From Rhizodiscina lignyota (taxonomy: Eukaryota), in NCBI GenBank assembly GCA_010015805.1, contig ML978124.1, positions 2,294,001 through 2,358,000 on the forward strand: a DNA stretch of 64,000 nucleotides. Reading direction: 5' to 3'. The notes under the pieces were generated by a model that had not been told where the DNA came from, searched no databases, and saw only the letters and a program-made list of their open reading frames with translations. A program made the translations under genes and the position numbers. Below are positions 61,370-64,000 of the stretch, one piece after another (positions within the stretch are counted from its first letter, which is position 1; the number at the start of each line of letters is the position of its first letter).

Positions 61370-63356
61370 ATGGCCACTTTCCAGTTAAAGCATCCTGAGA
61401 ATCGAGAACTGCTGGGTGGTGATCTTCTGGCACAATGCCTTCACGCGTTGGGGGCCAAGGTTGCCTTTGGAATTCATGGTGAGTTTCATACCTTGAGACT
61501 GTGACTTTAATAGAACTGACATATGATATAGGTGGACATTTGGATGCCTTCCTTATGGGCTGTGCCGATGTTGGCATAGATCTTGTGGACGTGAGGCATG
61601 AAACTGTCGCAATTCAGGCTGCTGAAGGCTATGCGAAAGTGAGTGGCCGTGTTGGTGTGGGCTTCATCACTGCGAACAGCGGGTAGAGCATCCTTATCTT
61701 GCTGTCGAGGCCCGAAGATGCTAACGAGGAGACAGGTTCTGCAACGGGTTGCCCGGGTTGGCTACTGCATTCGCGGATCGCAGTCCTGTATTCGTGGTTA
61801 CAAGCTCCCCGCCACTTCGAGATGCTGAAACAAATTGCCTGCAAGGCTTCCATGATCAAGTTGTCTTAGCAAAGAACGTCACCAAGTTTGCACACCGAAT
61901 CACGAATGTCGGCGAGATTCCGAGACTGGTCTCTCTTGGCTGGAGGACAACTACTGCAGGTGCCCCAGGACCAGTTGTGCTGGACTTTCCTATCGATGTG
62001 CTCTTCACGCCAATCGCAAACGAAAACATTGCATGGGGTTCCTTGACCTCTCCTCCAAATGCACTTCCGGGACCAGATCCAGCTGCTATTGATGATGCCA
62101 TTGAGATGTGGAGAGCAGCGGCAAGGCCTGCAATCATTGCATCTACAGGTGCAAGAGGCGCAGTCAATGAACTACTCAAACTTGCCGAGGCCACGGGAAC
62201 GCCGATCTTCCACAGCACAAAGTTCTCCACCGCAATTCCGTATGAACATCCATTCCGCGCTGGAGGCGCTCGCAGACTCGCGGCTTTACGCGTTAACCGC
62301 TCTTTACCACCCGATTTTATTCTCCTCCTTGGTGCTCGGACCGGTTTGATGCTGGGCGGAAGATCCGGCGCCATAATTCCGCACGAAGGTTGCAAAACTG
62401 TCCACGTCGACCTCGATGGATCTGAAATTGGAAGAAGTCTTCCAGTCGACCTTGGCATCGTGTCGGATGTCGGCCTTGCGGTGGCGGCGATGAATGCCGC
62501 AGTAGCAAAGAATCCATTCCGATCGACCGAAGAATGGATTCGCTCTGCGCTGGGTTTGAAATCTATACGTGCGCCGCATAATGAGGATGAATCAGTTATC
62601 GTAGAAGACAACGGTCGACTCCACCCATACCACGCAATGAAGAAGGTCTATCAATGCATCCCCAATGACAGCACTGTCATCATTGATGGGGGTGAATGTG
62701 GCGGTTGGGCGATGCAGCTTCTCGAAGAAGCACATGCGGGGCTGGCGATCGCATCGACAGGCTATCTAGGATTCCTCGGGAACGGCTGGGGTTACTCTCT
62801 TGGAGCAGCAATTGCAGATCCATCAAAACTGGTGCTGAGCATCCAAGGAGATGGATCCGCTGGTTTCCATATTGCGGAACTGGATACCTATGTCAAGTTT
62901 GGTCTGAAGATTGTGACAATCATTATGAACAACAGCGTCTGGGGCATGTCACAAGCTGGCCAGGATATAATATACGGTTATGCAACAGCCAAGCGCCCAA
63001 CTGTCGCACTTAATCCGAAGGCGAAGTACGAGGTTGTAGCTGAAGGCTTCGGTTGCACTTCCGCAGTTGTAGATGCACGCGAAGATATCGAGGGAGGATT
63101 CGCAGATGATACGAAAGCTCAGAAGACTCTCGAGGCGTTGGATCACGCCATGGACAAGCTTGTGCATGCTCAGGGCCCTGGGTTGCTGAATCTGGTGGTA
63201 TCGGATCATCCGTACCAGGACACCACTAAAGCGATGGTCGGTCAGACCGATGACCCGAACGTCATCGTCGTACCGTATTATGATAATATTCCGAAGCCGT
63301 ATTATAAGGACAGCAAGCAAGCTGTCAATGGTGCGAATGGCGCGAAAGGCGGCTGA
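61370..63356 (+). CDS. Thiamine-diphosphate-dependent enzyme, benzaldehyde-lyase/acetolactate-synthase-like, ~626 aa
   Basis: LLGGDLL, FGIHGGHLD, DVRHE (catalytic Glu), PGPVVLDFP and GDGS-X-NN ThDP motifs. Introns 61479..61531 and 61683..61735. Confidence 0.93.
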
Positions 63357-63458
63357 AGATCACTAGCGAGAGTTTTGGGACATGGATTGGACAAAGAGTT
63401 CGAGTCAATACTTCAATTGTAAATGTCAACGTCTTTAGCAAAAGCAATGAAACCACAA

Positions 63459-64000
63459 CTACTCTTCCAGCTTCTTCTCTCCATAATACTTCTGCTCAAA
63501 CTCCTTCAACAAGCCCTTCAGATCACTCGCGTAGGTCGGCGTTAATATATTCCCCTTACCCAGATGGCTCTTTAGTCCTAACTCTTTCAGCAGAGAGTCA
63601 GTGTAAGCGACTTGGTCCCAAAAGAACCAGTTTGCAAGTTGGCCTTTTGTCAAATATCGTCTTCTGCACCACACCACTGTCTCCGCAACGTCTATCTCCA
63701 TTTTGTCCATAGGTACCTCGAGCTTTCCATCGAGAACCGCAGTTGCCCAAAGTGACTGGACCTCCGCCATACGCCATGCATTCAGCAGCACTGGGCGGCC
63801 CAGAAAGACAATTGAACTATCGTTGACAGGCAGAATGCAGTTGCACAGGCGGTAAGGCGTCACCTTTGGCTTCTTCTTGTGGTACGGAGGAGGGTTGGCA
63901 AGGATCGGGAATCTCTTCAAGACAGCTTTATCTGCTTCTGCCTCAAGCGACTTCCATTTCTCCTGCTGTTTCTCGTCAACGGAATCGTAGGGTACCGGAA
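63459..64000 (-). CDS. C-terminal part of a flavin-containing monooxygenase (FMO-like), truncated by the window edge
   Basis: YRLCNCILP...SIVFLG...AEVQSLWATAVLDG...YTDSLLKELGL resembles fungal FMO C-termini. The nucleotide-binding motifs lie outside the window. Confidence 0.75.
   Translation of the reverse strand, partial: PVPYDSVDEKQQEKWKSLEAEADKAVLKRFPILANPPPYHKKKPKVTPYRLCNCILPVNDSSIVFLGRPVLLNAWRMAEVQSLWATAVLDGKLEVPMDKMEIDVAETVVWCRRRYLTKGQLANWFFWDQVAYTDSLLKELGLKSHLGKGNILTPTYASDLKGLLKEFEQKYYGEKKLEE

Noticed and set aside
61479..61735. TPP riboswitch in the introns of the ThDP enzyme gene
   Set aside because: Both introns are 53 nt and lack the conserved CUGAGA/aptamer core.
1..64000. tRNA/rRNA genes, CRISPR arrays, transposase or reverse-transcriptase ORFs
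   Set aside because: None recognised. The GTTCGA-like matches lack cloverleaf context, and there are no regularly spaced repeats.

Overview
Gene-dense 64 kb of filamentous ascomycete (Pezizomycotina) chromosome. The assignment rests on short GT-AG introns with CTRAC branch sites, Zn2Cys6 transcription factors and fungal housekeeping genes; a finer taxonomic placement cannot be supported from the sequence alone. About 27 protein-coding genes were reconstructed by hand, and the spliced lengths of the complete models are multiples of three. They are ARO2, an Ecm25-like RhoGAP, ALG5, an SDR, a mitochondrial carrier, RPL31, an AFG1-type ATPase, TRAPPC2L/Tca17, the complex I PSST subunit, a branched-chain aminotransferase, an MFS transporter, a GH3 beta-xylosidase, a DENN-domain protein, TRAPPC13, CCE1/Ydc2, MLH3, RPS23, a ferroportin homologue, a benzaldehyde-lyase-like ThDP enzyme, a partial FMO, two hypothetical proteins, two small spliced genes only partly represented in the ORF track, and a left-end accessory block (two fungal TFs, an Arg-less Rid protein and a LovD-like esterase). 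The most notable observations: (1) a ~110 bp direct duplication of the ALG5 start fused to a decayed six-finger C2H2 gene; (2) a Zn2Cys6 TF with a four-intron, AUG-free leader and a possible spliced non-coding transcript just upstream; (3) a Rid protein lacking the catalytic Arg; (4) a fungal benzaldehyde lyase-like enzyme with a dense CreA-site cluster; (5) a 74-aa Cys-rich microprotein; (6) a hairpin-rich candidate intron antisense to a small membrane-protein gene. No tRNA, rRNA, CRISPR array or intact transposon was recognised. All homology calls are from motif recognition, not database searches.
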